64,000 nucleotides of DNA from Thermoplasmata archaeon (GTDB lineage Archaea; Thermoplasmatota; Thermoplasmata; Thermoplasmatales; ARK-15), in NCBI GenBank assembly GCA_039794005.1, contig JBAMMA010000001.1:64001-128000 (forward strand), written 5' to 3'. How positions within the stretch are numbered: position 1 is the first letter of the stretch; each line of letters opens with the position of its first letter. Made by a program: the position numbers and the translations under genes. Of this stretch, positions 29,249-40,397 are shown piece after piece. Under the pieces are notes generated by a model. The model did not search any database, was not told the origin of the DNA, and was given only the letters and a program-made list of their open reading frames with translations.

Positions 29249-31948
29249 GTGGAAGACGAATCTGTTTATGAAACTGTACGGAAATTAGGTATAGAAAAGC
29301 TTACAGATGATCAAGAAAAGGTATTTGATTACATACTCAAAGGAGATAACGTTCTTTTGGTTGCTCCAACTGGAAGTGGAAAAACAGAAGCATCCATTTT
29401 GCCAATAATGGAAAGATTGAGAAGAGAACCAAAACCAAAAATTCATGCTATTTTCGTTACACCTTTAAGGGCATTAAATAGGGATATTTATGAGAGATTG
29501 AAGAGATATGGAGAAAATATAGGGATTAAGGTATCCTTAAGACATGGAGATTCAACAGAATCAGAAAGAAGGGAAATGATTGAGGATCCTCCAGACATAT
29601 TAATAACGACACCCGAGACGTTACAAATAATGTATTCAGGAAAAAATTTGAGAAAATTATTGGAAAATGTGAAAACCATAATTATAGATGAAATTCATGA
29701 AATGGTAAGAGATGAAAGGGGTTGGCAATTTTCATTGTTAATTGAAAAGATATCTCATATGAATGGAAGATTGCAGAGAATTGGTTTATCTGCAACTGTG
29801 GGAAATGAAGAATTAATATCAAAATTTATGTCACCAAATGAGACAGTGAAAATATTCAAAAATTATAATGCAAAGATCATGGAAATAACAGTAACGGCTC
29901 CAGAAAAGGATTATGTTGAAGAAAGCGAAAAAATGATGACAGAAATAGACTACGGATCAGCAATAATGACGGCCTTAAACCTTGTTATGCAATCAAAATT
30001 GTCATTGATTTTTGTAAATACTAGGTTTACAGCAGAAGATATATCAATGAGATTGAATAAACTAGGTTTTGGTGATATTATTGGAATACATCATGGTTCA
30101 CTATCTAAGGAAATAAGAATACAGAATGAAAAATTATTAAAGGATGGTAAATTAAAATCTCTTATATGTACATCCAGTTTGGAGCTGGGAATTGATATTG
30201 GTGAAATAGATTTTATAATACAGTTTAATTCTCCAAGACAGGTATATAGATTAATACAGAGAATAGGTAGATCAGGCCATCGTTTTGACAAAATATCGAA
30301 GGGTACAATTGTTGCAAATGATCCTCTGGAAATAATAGAATCTGCATCAATTGTAGACCTTCAAAAAAAGGGCTGGATTGAGAACTTGGATATAAGGAAT
30401 AATTCGCTGGTTGTTTTGGCCAATCAAATAATAATGTGGACATATACGGAAAAAGAACTTTTGGCCGAAGAGGTATATTCAATAGTTAAAAATTCTTATC
30501 CTTTTAAAAATTTAGATATTGAGACATTTCACAGGCTATTGAATTTTCTATCTGAAATTAGACTAATAAGATTTGATGGAAAGTACATAAAAAATAGTGT
30601 AAAAACATTAGATTATTTTTACAATAATATTTCTTTAATACCCGATGAAAAAACATATGAAGTAATTGAATCTGGGACAGGCAGGTTTATAGGAACATTG
30701 GACGAATCTTTTGTTTCTCTAGAAATATATGAGGGAAATACATTTGTGATGAAGGGAATTACATGGAGGGTAAATGAAATTTCAGAAAATAGAATATATG
30801 TGGATTATGTGGAAGATGTTGGAAATGTGCCAAGATGGATAGGGGAAGATATTCCAGTCACATATGAAGTTGCACAAAATGCAAGAAGATTGTTAAATGA
30901 GAACATCATACCTGAATTTTTAAACGAATCTGCAAAGAAAAAGTTGCAAGAATTTTACAATAAATTCTCAGAAAAGGATTATGAAATATTAATTTCAAGG
31001 AATGGTCAAGACATAATTATTCTTGACTGGTATGGTACAAAGGTGAATGAAACTATCGGACTATATTTAACAACGGTATTGAGGAGCATGAATTATAACG
31101 TATCATATTCAATAACTCCCTTCAGTATAATTATTTCATCTGAGGATATTCTAATAGATGAAAAGAAAATAAAAGATATATTATTAAAAGATGAAGATAT
31201 TGAAAATATTATTAAAAGTGGAATAAGAACAAATAGAATATTTTTAAAAATATTTTTGTATGTTTCTAAGAAGTTTGGAATAATATCAAAGGATGCAGAG
31301 ATCACATCCATAAAATTCGAAAAGATTCTGGATGCATATCAAAACACTTTAATATATGAAGAAGCAATACAAAAGACATATTTCGATTATTTAGATATTC
31401 AAAGGACGATTGAAATTTTAAAAAATCTGAGAAATAATCCACAGAAGATAAAAATAAATCAGTTTAACGATCTTTTTGAAATATATTTAAAATATTTTGA
31501 AAGGAAGAGCAATAGGACAAAAATTACAAAAACGGTATTGCAGGCTGTAATGAAAAGGCTTGAAAATCAGGAATTAACATTTTTGTGTTTAAATTGCAAG
31601 GGTACATGGACTAAAAAGGTCTCGGATGTAAATTCTTTTAATTGCATATATTGTGGCTCTGTAAATATATCGGTAATTAAAAGATATGATAGGGATAAAC
31701 TTGAAATCCTCTTAAATGGACCCAGGAATAAAAAGGATGAAGAATTTTTACAGAAGTTAAGAAATATATCAAATCTCATAAAAATACATAAAAAGGAGGC
31801 CTTATTGACGTTGGCTGGACACGGAATAAATTATGATACAGCTTTAAGGATACTAAAGAATCCACATTCAGATATCATGTATTTAATTAAAGACATTGTT
31901 GAGGCCGAATTAAATTTCACAAGGAATAAAAAGTATTGGAAATTATAA
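29249..31948 (+). CDS. lhr: Lhr-family DEAD/H helicase
   Basis: APTGSGKTE, PLRALNRD, TTPETL, DEIH, GLSAT, HHGSLS, SSLELGIDIG, QRIGRSGH, C-terminal CxxC..CxxC; GTG start. Confidence 0.92.
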   Translation: MEDESVYETVRKLGIEKLTDDQEKVFDYILKGDNVLLVAPTGSGKTEASILPIMERLRREPKPKIHAIFVTPLRALNRDIYERLKRYGENIGIKVSLRHGDSTESERREMIEDPPDILITTPETLQIMYSGKNLRKLLENVKTIIIDEIHEMVRDERGWQFSLLIEKISHMNGRLQRIGLSATVGNEELISKFMSPNETVKIFKNYNAKIMEITVTAPEKDYVEESEKMMTEIDYGSAIMTALNLVMQSKLSLIFVNTRFTAEDISMRLNKLGFGDIIGIHHGSLSKEIRIQNEKLLKDGKLKSLICTSSLELGIDIGEIDFIIQFNSPRQVYRLIQRIGRSGHRFDKISKGTIVANDPLEIIESASIVDLQKKGWIENLDIRNNSLVVLANQIIMWTYTEKELLAEEVYSIVKNSYPFKNLDIETFHRLLNFLSEIRLIRFDGKYIKNSVKTLDYFYNNISLIPDEKTYEVIESGTGRFIGTLDESFVSLEIYEGNTFVMKGITWRVNEISENRIYVDYVEDVGNVPRWIGEDIPVTYEVAQNARRLLNENIIPEFLNESAKKKLQEFYNKFSEKDYEILISRNGQDIIILDWYGTKVNETIGLYLTTVLRSMNYNVSYSITPFSIIISSEDILIDEKKIKDILLKDEDIENIIKSGIRTNRIFLKIFLYVSKKFGIISKDAEITSIKFEKILDAYQNTLIYEEAIQKTYFDYLDIQRTIEILKNLRNNPQKIKINQFNDLFEIYLKYFERKSNRTKITKTVLQAVMKRLENQELTFLCLNCKGTWTKKVSDVNSFNCIYCGSVNISVIKRYDRDKLEILLNGPRNKKDEEFLQKLRNISNLIKIHKKEALLTLAGHGINYDTALRILKNPHSDIMYLIKDIVEAELNFTRNKKYWKL

Positions 31949-32764
31949 TTTTATTTTTTTATTGTCGCACAATATTTCATATTCTTTTATTTCTATGTGT
32001 TTGCACTTTTTCTTAAGGAAGTTTTCGATCAAATATTTTCTTATGAGGGGATCTTTAGAATTTTTTATATCCTTTATTTCCTCCAAATCTCTTTCATTTT
32101 CAGCAAAACTTTCAAGTTTGCTATATTTGTTATATTTTAAATTCATTGAAGGAACAATAAATCCAAATGCAAAACCCGCTAAATGTGCCAAATGGGCAAC
32201 TCCATTATTCACATTTAACAATTCTAAAATTAACTCAAAAAGTACAAAAGCAAGAACAGCATACTTTACTTTTATCCTGGGTAAAAAAATAAATCCGAGG
32301 AACATCGGTATCTCGTCATCGGGATAAAGCCTTAAAAAAACCCCCATAATACCAAATATTGCACCAGATGCTCCTACCAGAATTACATAATTATTTAAAT
32401 TGTATAAAATGAATATAACATTGGCAAAAACTCCTGCTGTAATAAAATAAATTAGTATTTTTCTAGTTCCTATTCTTTCTTCCAATGGAATACCTATCAA
32501 TAAAAATATTATAACATTTGAAATTATGTGTAAAAATGACTCATGTATAAATATTGAGTCTAAAATGTTGAATGATATTGGATTTAAAGAGGAATAGCCA
32601 AATATATAAATTGGATTATATCCTAAATAACTTAAAAATAATTCCATGACAAAAATAATTATGAGAAATAAAGATGTATATAAAACAAATAATCTATTTT
32701 TTATATAAACTAAAAATAAAAAAATTAATATTATAAGAAATAATAATTCATTAAGGTATATCAT
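31943..32764 (-). CDS. Rhomboid intramembrane serine protease
   Basis: FIH..HIISN, GASG (catalytic Ser), AHLAHLAG (catalytic His). Confidence 0.9.
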   Translation of the reverse strand: MIYLNELLFLIILIFLFLVYIKNRLFVLYTSLFLIIIFVMELFLSYLGYNPIYIFGYSSLNPISFNILDSIFIHESFLHIISNVIIFLLIGIPLEERIGTRKILIYFITAGVFANVIFILYNLNNYVILVGASGAIFGIMGVFLRLYPDDEIPMFLGFIFLPRIKVKYAVLAFVLFELILELLNVNNGVAHLAHLAGFAFGFIVPSMNLKYNKYSKLESFAENERDLEEIKDIKNSKDPLIRKYLIENFLKKKCKHIEIKEYEILCDNKKIKL

Positions 32765-33975
32765 GCTCCAAACTTTTCAGATCTATTACTGTAATTTAAT
32801 AGTAAATTCATAACATCAGAGCCCCTAATTCTCAATGATCCTCTAATGGCCGATATTTCATCAAAACTCTCAATACCGTCCTTTCTGAGGCCTTCAGAAG
32901 ATATCAACACAGGTAGGGGATCTCCTGTATGATCTTTTACGCTGCATGGTGTTGAATGATCTCCCGTGATCATTATCACAGCCTTATCGATAATATCCCT
33001 CAGAGGTTCCATGGCTTTATCGGCTCTTTCTATAACATCCCTTTTCAATATGGGATTCCCATCATGCCCAGCTATATCTGTAGCCTTAATGTTAACTAAA
33101 ACGAAATCGTATTCATTAAGAGCATTTATAGCACCTTTGATTTTAGCTTCCATATCCGTATTTATAGTCCCTGTGACACCTTTTATTTTTAATGGTGTGA
33201 TGCCTGCCAATTTGCATATGCCGGAAATTAATGGTACTCCAACTATGCATGCAGAACGCAAAGAATATTTTTTTTCAAAATTTTCCAATTCTGGAACAAT
33301 TCCTGCCCCTCTCAGTAATACAATATTTGCCGGCATTTTATTTTGTCTTCTCCTTTCCATATTTACTGGGTGATTGTTCAATATTTCATAGCTTTTTTTT
33401 GTAAATTCATTTACTATTTTAGCCAATTTTTTCCCATCATCGTTTAAAGGTTGAGAAATCTTAACTTTAGAATTTTCAGAATGCGGATCTGTATCCGTAA
33501 TTTTGGGAGACAATCCATTTCCTCTAAAAACTATGGCTACCCTATGTTCTACACCTTCCTTTGCTAAAATTTCAACATCATCAATTTTAATATTCAAAGA
33601 TTCTGCGAGTTTGTCCGTTCCAGATTCTATTCTTCCAGCTCTTCTATCGATTACATTTAAATCATCATCAACCGTTGCAAAATTCCCCCTGAACGCAATA
33701 TCCCCTGGTCTCAGATCCATTCCAAGTCCCAGGGCTTCAAAGGGCCCTCTCCCAGTGTATATTTTATAAGGATCGTATCCCAATAAATTAAGGTGAGAGG
33801 TATCACTTCCAGGTCTTATGCCAGGGGCTATTGGATCCATTAACCCTACAATGCCATTCGATGCCAAAAAATCCATGTTTCTTTTTCTGGCAGCTTGAAG
33901 AGGAGTTTTAAAATTCAATTCCCTGGATGGTCTATCACCGAGGCCATCTAGTATGATCAATAATATCTTTTTCAT
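32761..33975 (-). CDS. apgM: 2,3-bisphosphoglycerate-independent phosphoglycerate mutase (archaeal type)
   Basis: DGLGDRP, PGSDTSHL, YTGRGPFEA, DIAGHDG, TGDHSTP, HTGDP. Confidence 0.95.
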   Translation of the reverse strand: MKKILLIILDGLGDRPSRELNFKTPLQAARKRNMDFLASNGIVGLMDPIAPGIRPGSDTSHLNLLGYDPYKIYTGRGPFEALGLGMDLRPGDIAFRGNFATVDDDLNVIDRRAGRIESGTDKLAESLNIKIDDVEILAKEGVEHRVAIVFRGNGLSPKITDTDPHSENSKVKISQPLNDDGKKLAKIVNEFTKKSYEILNNHPVNMERRRQNKMPANIVLLRGAGIVPELENFEKKYSLRSACIVGVPLISGICKLAGITPLKIKGVTGTINTDMEAKIKGAINALNEYDFVLVNIKATDIAGHDGNPILKRDVIERADKAMEPLRDIIDKAVIMITGDHSTPCSVKDHTGDPLPVLISSEGLRKDGIESFDEISAIRGSLRIRGSDVMNLLLNYSNRSEKFGA

Positions 33976-34646
33976 ATTAATAGATATGCAAAAAATGAAC
34001 TTAAAGTTATTGAAAATATATTAACTTCATGTTTATTCATCAAATTTCTATTTTCAAGCAGGGCTCCCAATAAACTATCTAAATTTGATGAAATAAATCC
34101 AAAAATGAAAATTATCAGAAAATTATACAATGATAATTCAAAAAATATATATGCAAATACTGATATTATAAATGAACCAAAAAGTGAAGATAATTCTCCA
34201 ATTATCGATATTCCACCATTCTCCCCTGTTTTTACCTTTTTTAGATTAATTATGTTGTATGTGTTCTTAGATAGAATTCCAATTTCTCCGGCCAATGTAT
34301 CAGCTAGTGCAGCTGCTACGGAAACTGAGAATACCGTTTCCTTTGTAATAATTTTCATAGGTAATAATACAACAATTGCTGGAACTAGACCTTTAGATAT
34401 TACGCTTTTGTAAGATCTTATTACATCATCGTTTTTATATTCTACCTTGAATTTTGAAAATATGTATGAAATAAATACAAATATTATTAATAAAATTAAA
34501 AAATATATATTACTTAAAAAGTATATTTCTAAACCAATAATTAAAGATAGTAATGAGGCTTTAAAGTCTAAAATTTTCAATAATACAGTTAAAATAAATA
34601 TAAGCAATAAAAATATTAAAATAAAAATTAAATATAGATTATTCAT
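33972..34646 (-). CDS. DUF92/TMEM19 family membrane protein
   Basis: ADTLAGEIG, GENGGIS..GE, DSLLGALLE, VN motifs. Confidence 0.85.
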   Translation of the reverse strand: MNNLYLIFILIFLLLIFILTVLLKILDFKASLLSLIIGLEIYFLSNIYFLILLIIFVFISYIFSKFKVEYKNDDVIRSYKSVISKGLVPAIVVLLPMKIITKETVFSVSVAAALADTLAGEIGILSKNTYNIINLKKVKTGENGGISIIGELSSLFGSFIISVFAYIFFELSLYNFLIIFIFGFISSNLDSLLGALLENRNLMNKHEVNIFSITLSSFFAYLLI

Positions 34647-35065
34647 AGAATGCTGAGCTCCTTTAAGTTGGTTTTCTCGTTGTAATTTCTTTTGAATTCT
34701 ATACCAGAATCGATTATTGTTAATTCAAGTAATGGGTCAACCTTACCTGAAATCAAATGCCCACCAATTATTTTGTGATCAGGCCCAGCCAATGCTGCAT
34801 GTATATGTAAAATAGGTTCTGTTGAGCTTATGCTTCCATGAAAAGATACCAATTCATGGTTCTTCTCCATGAATAACTCTTCATATTGTTTTCCATTCCA
34901 ATACCCAATCTTAAATTCTTTTAACATGCCTATACCCGTTAAAATAATACCTCCCTTTATGTTTTCTTCTTTAGTCAATTCGATTATTGAATCAAAAACA
35001 TCCTCATCCTTTTTTAATACTGCATAGATCATATTGTTTATTCTTCTATGTTCCATATCAATCAC
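34643..35065 (-). CDS. PPC-domain (DUF296) protein
   Basis: GIGML, ELVSFHGSI, HIHAAL, GGHL. Confidence 0.88.
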   Translation of the reverse strand: MIDMEHRRINNMIYAVLKKDEDVFDSIIELTKEENIKGGIILTGIGMLKEFKIGYWNGKQYEELFMEKNHELVSFHGSISSTEPILHIHAALAGPDHKIIGGHLISGKVDPLLELTIIDSGIEFKRNYNEKTNLKELSIL

Positions 35066-35451
35066 CTGTAAAATGTATATCTCTTAGGTAATCTTAATTT
35101 TATCCCCGTCCAATACTGACAGAATTCACATCTTTTTCCTACGTATACCTTATTACCGTCCAATGTATAGTTATAAATATCTTTTAATTCGCTATTACAA
35201 ATAGGGCATTTTTTTAAATTTTCAGAACTCTTATCCATTTCTTTATATTCAATGTTTACTTTTATTTTCATATCCCTTATTGCAATTATCCTTAATCTTT
35301 TTGGACTAATTTTTATATTTTTGTCAATTTTATTTAATTCATTTTTTATTAATTCATACAATATTTTTTGCGAGGGAATTTCAGGATATTCTTCAAATAT
35401 TTTATTCAATAAACTTTTTATTAAATCAACTTTTGCTAAATTGTATGTCAT
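35062..35451 (-). CDS. Hypothetical protein with C-terminal zinc ribbon
   Basis: CPIC..CEFC pair; basic N-terminal region; first gene of a coupled operon. Confidence 0.75.
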   Translation of the reverse strand: MTYNLAKVDLIKSLLNKIFEEYPEIPSQKILYELIKNELNKIDKNIKISPKRLRIIAIRDMKIKVNIEYKEMDKSSENLKKCPICNSELKDIYNYTLDGNKVYVGKRCEFCQYWTGIKLRLPKRYTFYR

Positions 35452-35495
35452 TCAATATAATTAAATAAATATAGTATAAAAATATTTCAAAATAT

Positions 35496-36194
35496 ATGTA
35501 TTTAATAAAATTTTCCTACTATGGTCCAGCATTTGAATCATTTTCAGAAATCAAAGGTAAATTAACGGTATCTGGAATTATAAAAGAACATATCTCAAAA
35601 TTTTGCAAGGAATACGGGATAAAATTTTCAAGTAGAACCGATAGAAATGTTAGCGCAATATCGAATTCATTTGGATTAATATGTGATAGGGATATCGATA
35701 TATTAATGAAATATCTGAATATATTAAGAGTGCCAATATTCTTCCATTCTTACGCAATCGTAGATGATGATTTTAATCCTAGGCATGCAAAATGCAGAAA
35801 ATACATATATTTATATGAGAAGGAAATAGAAATGGACGAACAAATTATCAGGAGAATTCAAGAATTGATCGGTAAAAAAGATTTTTCTGAATTTTCTAGA
35901 TTTGATAACAGGAACCCCATTCGGAATGTGATGGATATAAAGGTAAATAAACATAATGGAATTACATCTTTTGAAATAACCGGCGAAAATTTTCTATGGA
36001 ATCAGGTAAGAAGAATGGTCGGTTACATAATTTTTGGCAAAAAAAATTTATTGATGAAGGCCGAAAATCTCATATTAAAAGATGTCTGCTATGATTTTGA
36101 ATTCAAAAAGATAAATCTAGAAAATAAAAATTTGGAAAAATTCTATTTGGATTTTTTAATAAAGCAAATGATTCTGGAATTTTTAAAAGGGTAG
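35496..36194 (+). CDS. truA: tRNA pseudouridine(38-40) synthase
   Basis: SRTD.NVSA catalytic motif, FNPR..R.Y.Y, DFSEF, FLWNQVRRMVG. Confidence 0.88.
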   Translation: MYLIKFSYYGPAFESFSEIKGKLTVSGIIKEHISKFCKEYGIKFSSRTDRNVSAISNSFGLICDRDIDILMKYLNILRVPIFFHSYAIVDDDFNPRHAKCRKYIYLYEKEIEMDEQIIRRIQELIGKKDFSEFSRFDNRNPIRNVMDIKVNKHNGITSFEITGENFLWNQVRRMVGYIIFGKKNLLMKAENLILKDVCYDFEFKKINLENKNLEKFYLDFLIKQMILEFLKG

Positions 36195-36259
36195 GAGGGG
36201 AATCGAACCCCTTTAAACGAGATCTGCAGTCTCGCGCATAACCACTCTGCCACCTACCC
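36188..36259 (-). tRNA. tRNA-Cys(GCA)
   Basis: Reverse complement GGGTAGGTGGCAGAGTGGTTATGCGCGAGA-CTGCAGA-TCTCG..GGGGTTCGATTCCCC..CCTACCCT; U73 discriminator; no intron. Confidence 0.95.
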
Positions 36260-36283
36260 ATTTAAATAAATTATTACTGAATT

Positions 36284-36775
36284 TTAAAAATTTCGCTTCC
36301 TTTTATTTTTCTTTTTTAACCTTGTTAAAATCAATTCTGAACCGCAGTAGGGGCAATTCATATAATTTTTTCTGTAAATTCTTTTACATCCTTTGCATTT
36401 ATAAACCCAAATGTATACATCTTTAATACCTTCTTGAGAAAATGTCATATATTCTAAATTTAAAAATTTTAAAACGTTTTGTATCGCATAATCATCTGTA
36501 ACAACAGTATATCCGTATTTTATTGCAGCTGATATTAATTCTAAGTCAGTTTTTGACAATTTTTCAAAAATTCCAGTTTTTTTAGCAGTTTCGATTGCTT
36601 TTTTTAAGCTTTCATCGTCTATTTCTAAGATTTTGATGTTTTCTAAAATAGGATAATATTCTCTGTTTAATTTAATTTCATTAATTACACTCTCTATTGT
36701 AAAGGTCTCAACATCTGTAGGAAATGGTTTTCCTGATATTATCGCAGATGTATCCAATATTAATTTTTTCCCCAT
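36284..36775 (-). CDS. nob1: Nob1 PIN-domain rRNA-processing endonuclease
   Basis: LDTSA, LSKTD, TDDYAIQNV, C-terminal CKGC..CPYCG zinc ribbon. Confidence 0.9.
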   Translation of the reverse strand: MGKKLILDTSAIISGKPFPTDVETFTIESVINEIKLNREYYPILENIKILEIDDESLKKAIETAKKTGIFEKLSKTDLELISAAIKYGYTVVTDDYAIQNVLKFLNLEYMTFSQEGIKDVYIWVYKCKGCKRIYRKNYMNCPYCGSELILTRLKKKNKRKRNF

Positions 36776-37305
36776 ATCGAATGTTCAGTATATTCCCCAA
36801 TCTCATCCATTATTTTATAGACCATAAAATCTATTAGATCATCCAAACTTTTTGGTTTAAAATAAAATCCCGGAGAGGCGGGCATTATTATTACACCAAG
36901 GTCTGAAAGCTTTTTTAGGTTTTCCAGATGTATTGATGATATTGGTGTTTCTCTGAACAACAAAACTATTTTTCTTCTTTCTTTTAAAGCTACTTGAAAT
37001 GTTCGTGTAGTTAGCGTATCTGAAATTCCGGATGAAAATTTTGCTATTAGATCCATAGAAGCTGGTAAGACAGCATAGACATCATATTTGAATCCTCCTG
37101 ATGCTAATGGGGAGTTGAAATCATCATCTTCGTAATAATAGTTTGCTAAATTTTTTATATAATTGATGTCATATTCTGTTTCTTCCTTTATTATTCTTTT
37201 TGCCATTTTGGTTATGATCAAATACTTTTCTGATTTCAATTTTTCTAATACCTTAATTCCATAAATCACCCCTGAAGCTGCACCAATTGAGATTACAACC
37301 TTCAT
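36760..37305 (-). CDS. ubiX: UbiX-family flavin prenyltransferase
   Basis: GAASG..YG, ASG, LKERR, RETP..IHLEN, PASPGFY. Confidence 0.9.
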   Translation of the reverse strand: MKVVISIGAASGVIYGIKVLEKLKSEKYLIITKMAKRIIKEETEYDINYIKNLANYYYEDDDFNSPLASGGFKYDVYAVLPASMDLIAKFSSGISDTLTTRTFQVALKERRKIVLLFRETPISSIHLENLKKLSDLGVIIMPASPGFYFKPKSLDDLIDFMVYKIMDEIGEYTEHSIWGKN

Positions 37306-38257
37306 ATTTTTATTATCACCTTGATTTTAATTATTAATTATTAAATTTTAAATTTTTTTAATTCAAATTAATTTGAATGAACATATTGTTATTGATATTT
37401 CTTTCTAAAAATTCATGTTCAAAATGAGATGTTTTATCTGTTATGATAAAAATTAAGATCAATTCTTCTAAAATTCAAGATTTTCTTAAGCAGATCAGAG
37501 AATTTTTTATCGATTAAGTTTAGGCTGATTCTTTTTTCTAACTGATTTTACAATTCAGAATCATGTGAAGTCTGATAAAGTTATCATGGATCATATGTCC
37601 CACAATTATTGGTTTATTTTAAACATTCAATTTTTCCATAAATTTCTATCCATTTCATATTGTTTTATTTAATCTTTTAACCTTTAATGGGATATCATAT
37701 ATTGAAATTGTAAAAATTTCAAATGATAAAATGGATACCTCGAGAGCAATATAAAATAAAAAGAATCAAGCACGATTAAATTACAGAGATCGATGATTTT
37801 GTAAAAATTTTTTAATGAGAAGAGTTTTACTAGGCAACAATGATCGGAGAAAATAATGTTAATAGGAAATAAATATGAATCTTGCTCTTAAATAAAATTT
37901 GATAAGATTTTTTTATTCCATTTGAAATTAACGAACAATTTATTTCGACAGGGTGTTTTGTCATCATATTAAATGAAGATTTTACCTTTAAGATTTTTTA
38001 AAATTATTATTTGTGGAGGGTAATGATGAGAGAATTTATGTAAGAATTATTCACCTTGAGAAAGTGATAGAAGAAAGGATATTGAATAATAGAGATAAAC
38101 TCAAAAAGAGCATAGAAAAGTTTTGAGGTAAATAAAGTTTATAAAATTTGATTAATTATATAGAATTATAATAGCACCATGGTGCAGAACCTTCAATACA
38201 AGATCTTAGGATTTGACGGAAATTAAGAGTTAAAAAATTAAACAACATCTATTAAAA

Positions 38258-39235
38258 TCAAATAATTCCTTCTTTTATCCATTTTGCATAGTCTTTTGCA
38301 TGATATGTTATAATGATATCCGCCCCTGCCCTTTTGATAGAAGTTAGTATTTCTCTTACTACAGAAATTTCGTCCAAATATCCTGCCATACTAGCAGATT
38401 TTACCATGCTATATTCCCCACTAACATTATATGCCGCTATTGGTAATTTAAAGTTTTCCCTTGCCATCCTTATAATATCTAAATAAAACATAGCCGGTTT
38501 AACCATTATTATATCAGCGCCCTCTAAAATGTCCAACTCAATTTCTCTCATGGCCTCTCTGGCGTTGGAATAATTCATCTGATATGTTTTTCTATCGCCA
38601 AATTTAGGAGCAGAGTCAGCAGCATCTCTGAATGGTGAATATAAAGATGAAGAATATTTCGCACTATATGCCATAATTGGAAGATATTCATACCCATTTT
38701 TATCCAATATTTCCCTAATGGCCTTTACCTGGCCATCCATCATTCCGCTTGGTGCTATGACATCCACACCACTCTCGGCATAGCTAATTGCAATTTTTTG
38801 ATATATTTCAAGGGTATTATCATTCATTATTTTACCATCAGAAATTATTCCACAATGTCCATGAGAGGTGTATTCACACATACACAAATCAGCCATAACG
38901 AGTAGATCAGATTCATTTTTTATTTTTTTTATTGCTTTTTGGATTATTCCATTTTTATCATATGCACTAGATGCTTTTTCGTCTTTGCATGATGGTATTC
39001 CAAAAAGTAGAACAGCTTTGATTCCTAATTCTTCCAATTCCTTTATTTCATCAGTTAATTTTTCCAGAGGAAATCTGTAAATCCCTGGCATTGAATTTAT
39101 CTCCTTTTTATTTTTTATGTTTTCATCGATAAATAAGGGATAGATAAAGTCTTCAATTTCAACACATGTTTCTTCCACCATTCTTCTAAGTATTGGATTT
39201 TCCCTAAGTCTTCTCATTCTTATGGTAGGAAACAT
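38258..39235 (-). CDS. hemB: Porphobilinogen synthase
   Basis: [48 protein letters not shown]. Confidence 0.96.
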   Translation of the reverse strand: MFPTIRMRRLRENPILRRMVEETCVEIEDFIYPLFIDENIKNKKEINSMPGIYRFPLEKLTDEIKELEELGIKAVLLFGIPSCKDEKASSAYDKNGIIQKAIKKIKNESDLLVMADLCMCEYTSHGHCGIISDGKIMNDNTLEIYQKIAISYAESGVDVIAPSGMMDGQVKAIREILDKNGYEYLPIMAYSAKYSSSLYSPFRDAADSAPKFGDRKTYQMNYSNAREAMREIELDILEGADIIMVKPAMFYLDIIRMARENFKLPIAAYNVSGEYSMVKSASMAGYLDEISVVREILTSIKRAGADIIITYHAKDYAKWIKEGII

Positions 39236-39236
39236 G

Positions 39237-40397
39237 TTAATCACCAAATATTTTCTTCAGAAATTCCAGATCTTCATTTTTTAAATATTTTTCTTGTGAT
39301 TTCAAATTTTTTATTATATTCAAATAAATCCTTTTTATTATTGAATTACCGTAAATCTGCAAAATTTCCCTTGAATTTTCACCAAGATATTTTATGGCCT
39401 TTTTTATTTCCTCATCCCTAATTTTTTCAGCCCTTTTAAACATATCAGAAATTATTTCCTCGATTTCGAGTGAGAGAATTTTATTTTCTATTTGAGGTAA
39501 TTTTTCCTCTATTATTTTTTCAGCCTTTAACATTTCTTCCTTTCTTCTTGTTATATTTTTATTTACAAAATTTTTAATATAATCAAGATCTATATATTCT
39601 CTATCATTTAATTTTTCTATGTTCCTTGGATTACCAAGATCCATGACGATATAGGGCTTTGGTAAATTAAAATTATCATTTTTTAAAAATGGTGCTTGTA
39701 TAGATATAGCAGATATAAGCGCATCATATTCATGAATCCTATTTCTTAAATTTTCTATAAAATCGATATGAACTTTGTATTCCCTTTTAATGAGGTCCAA
39801 CTTTTCTTTATTTCTTCCAAAAACTGTAATTTCGTATTCTTTATCACTTAAATATTTAAGAAGAGAATGTGCAACTTTACCAGTTCCAATAATACAAATC
39901 TTTCCATTTTTTGTAAAATCTTCTAGGATTTTAACTGCTGCTTGGGGTATTGATACTATACCGTTTCCAATCATGGTTTCCGATCTTATTATCTTTGATA
40001 TGTTAAGCGATTTCATGAAAATGTAATTAATGATTTTTCCAGAAGTATGATTTTTCATTGAATTATTAAGTGCTTCTTTTACTTGCCTTTGTACATCTTG
40101 TTCACCCGGTATCATCGAATCCATTCCTGAAGATACTTTTATTATATGCCTTACAGCATCCATATCATAGAGGACTTTTGCCTCACCGTATTTTTCAAAT
40201 AATTTTTTTATATCTTCAGTGGGATCATTTTTAGGTACAATGTAAATCTCTAGTCTATTACAAGTTCTTAAAATTAAAATTTCTTTAAAGCTATTTTTGA
40301 AATTATTAATAATCAAATCGTCATTCAAAGATGTCCATTTTTCCAATGATAGCAAATCCATCTCCCTGTAACTTGCAACCACACTAACTAAAAACAT
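39237..40397 (-). CDS. hemA: Glutamyl-tRNA reductase
   Basis: [31 protein letters not shown]. Confidence 0.92.
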   Translation of the reverse strand: MFLVSVVASYREMDLLSLEKWTSLNDDLIINNFKNSFKEILILRTCNRLEIYIVPKNDPTEDIKKLFEKYGEAKVLYDMDAVRHIIKVSSGMDSMIPGEQDVQRQVKEALNNSMKNHTSGKIINYIFMKSLNISKIIRSETMIGNGIVSIPQAAVKILEDFTKNGKICIIGTGKVAHSLLKYLSDKEYEITVFGRNKEKLDLIKREYKVHIDFIENLRNRIHEYDALISAISIQAPFLKNDNFNLPKPYIVMDLGNPRNIEKLNDREYIDLDYIKNFVNKNITRRKEEMLKAEKIIEEKLPQIENKILSLEIEEIISDMFKRAEKIRDEEIKKAIKYLGENSREILQIYGNSIIKRIYLNIIKNLKSQEKYLKNEDLEFLKKIFGD

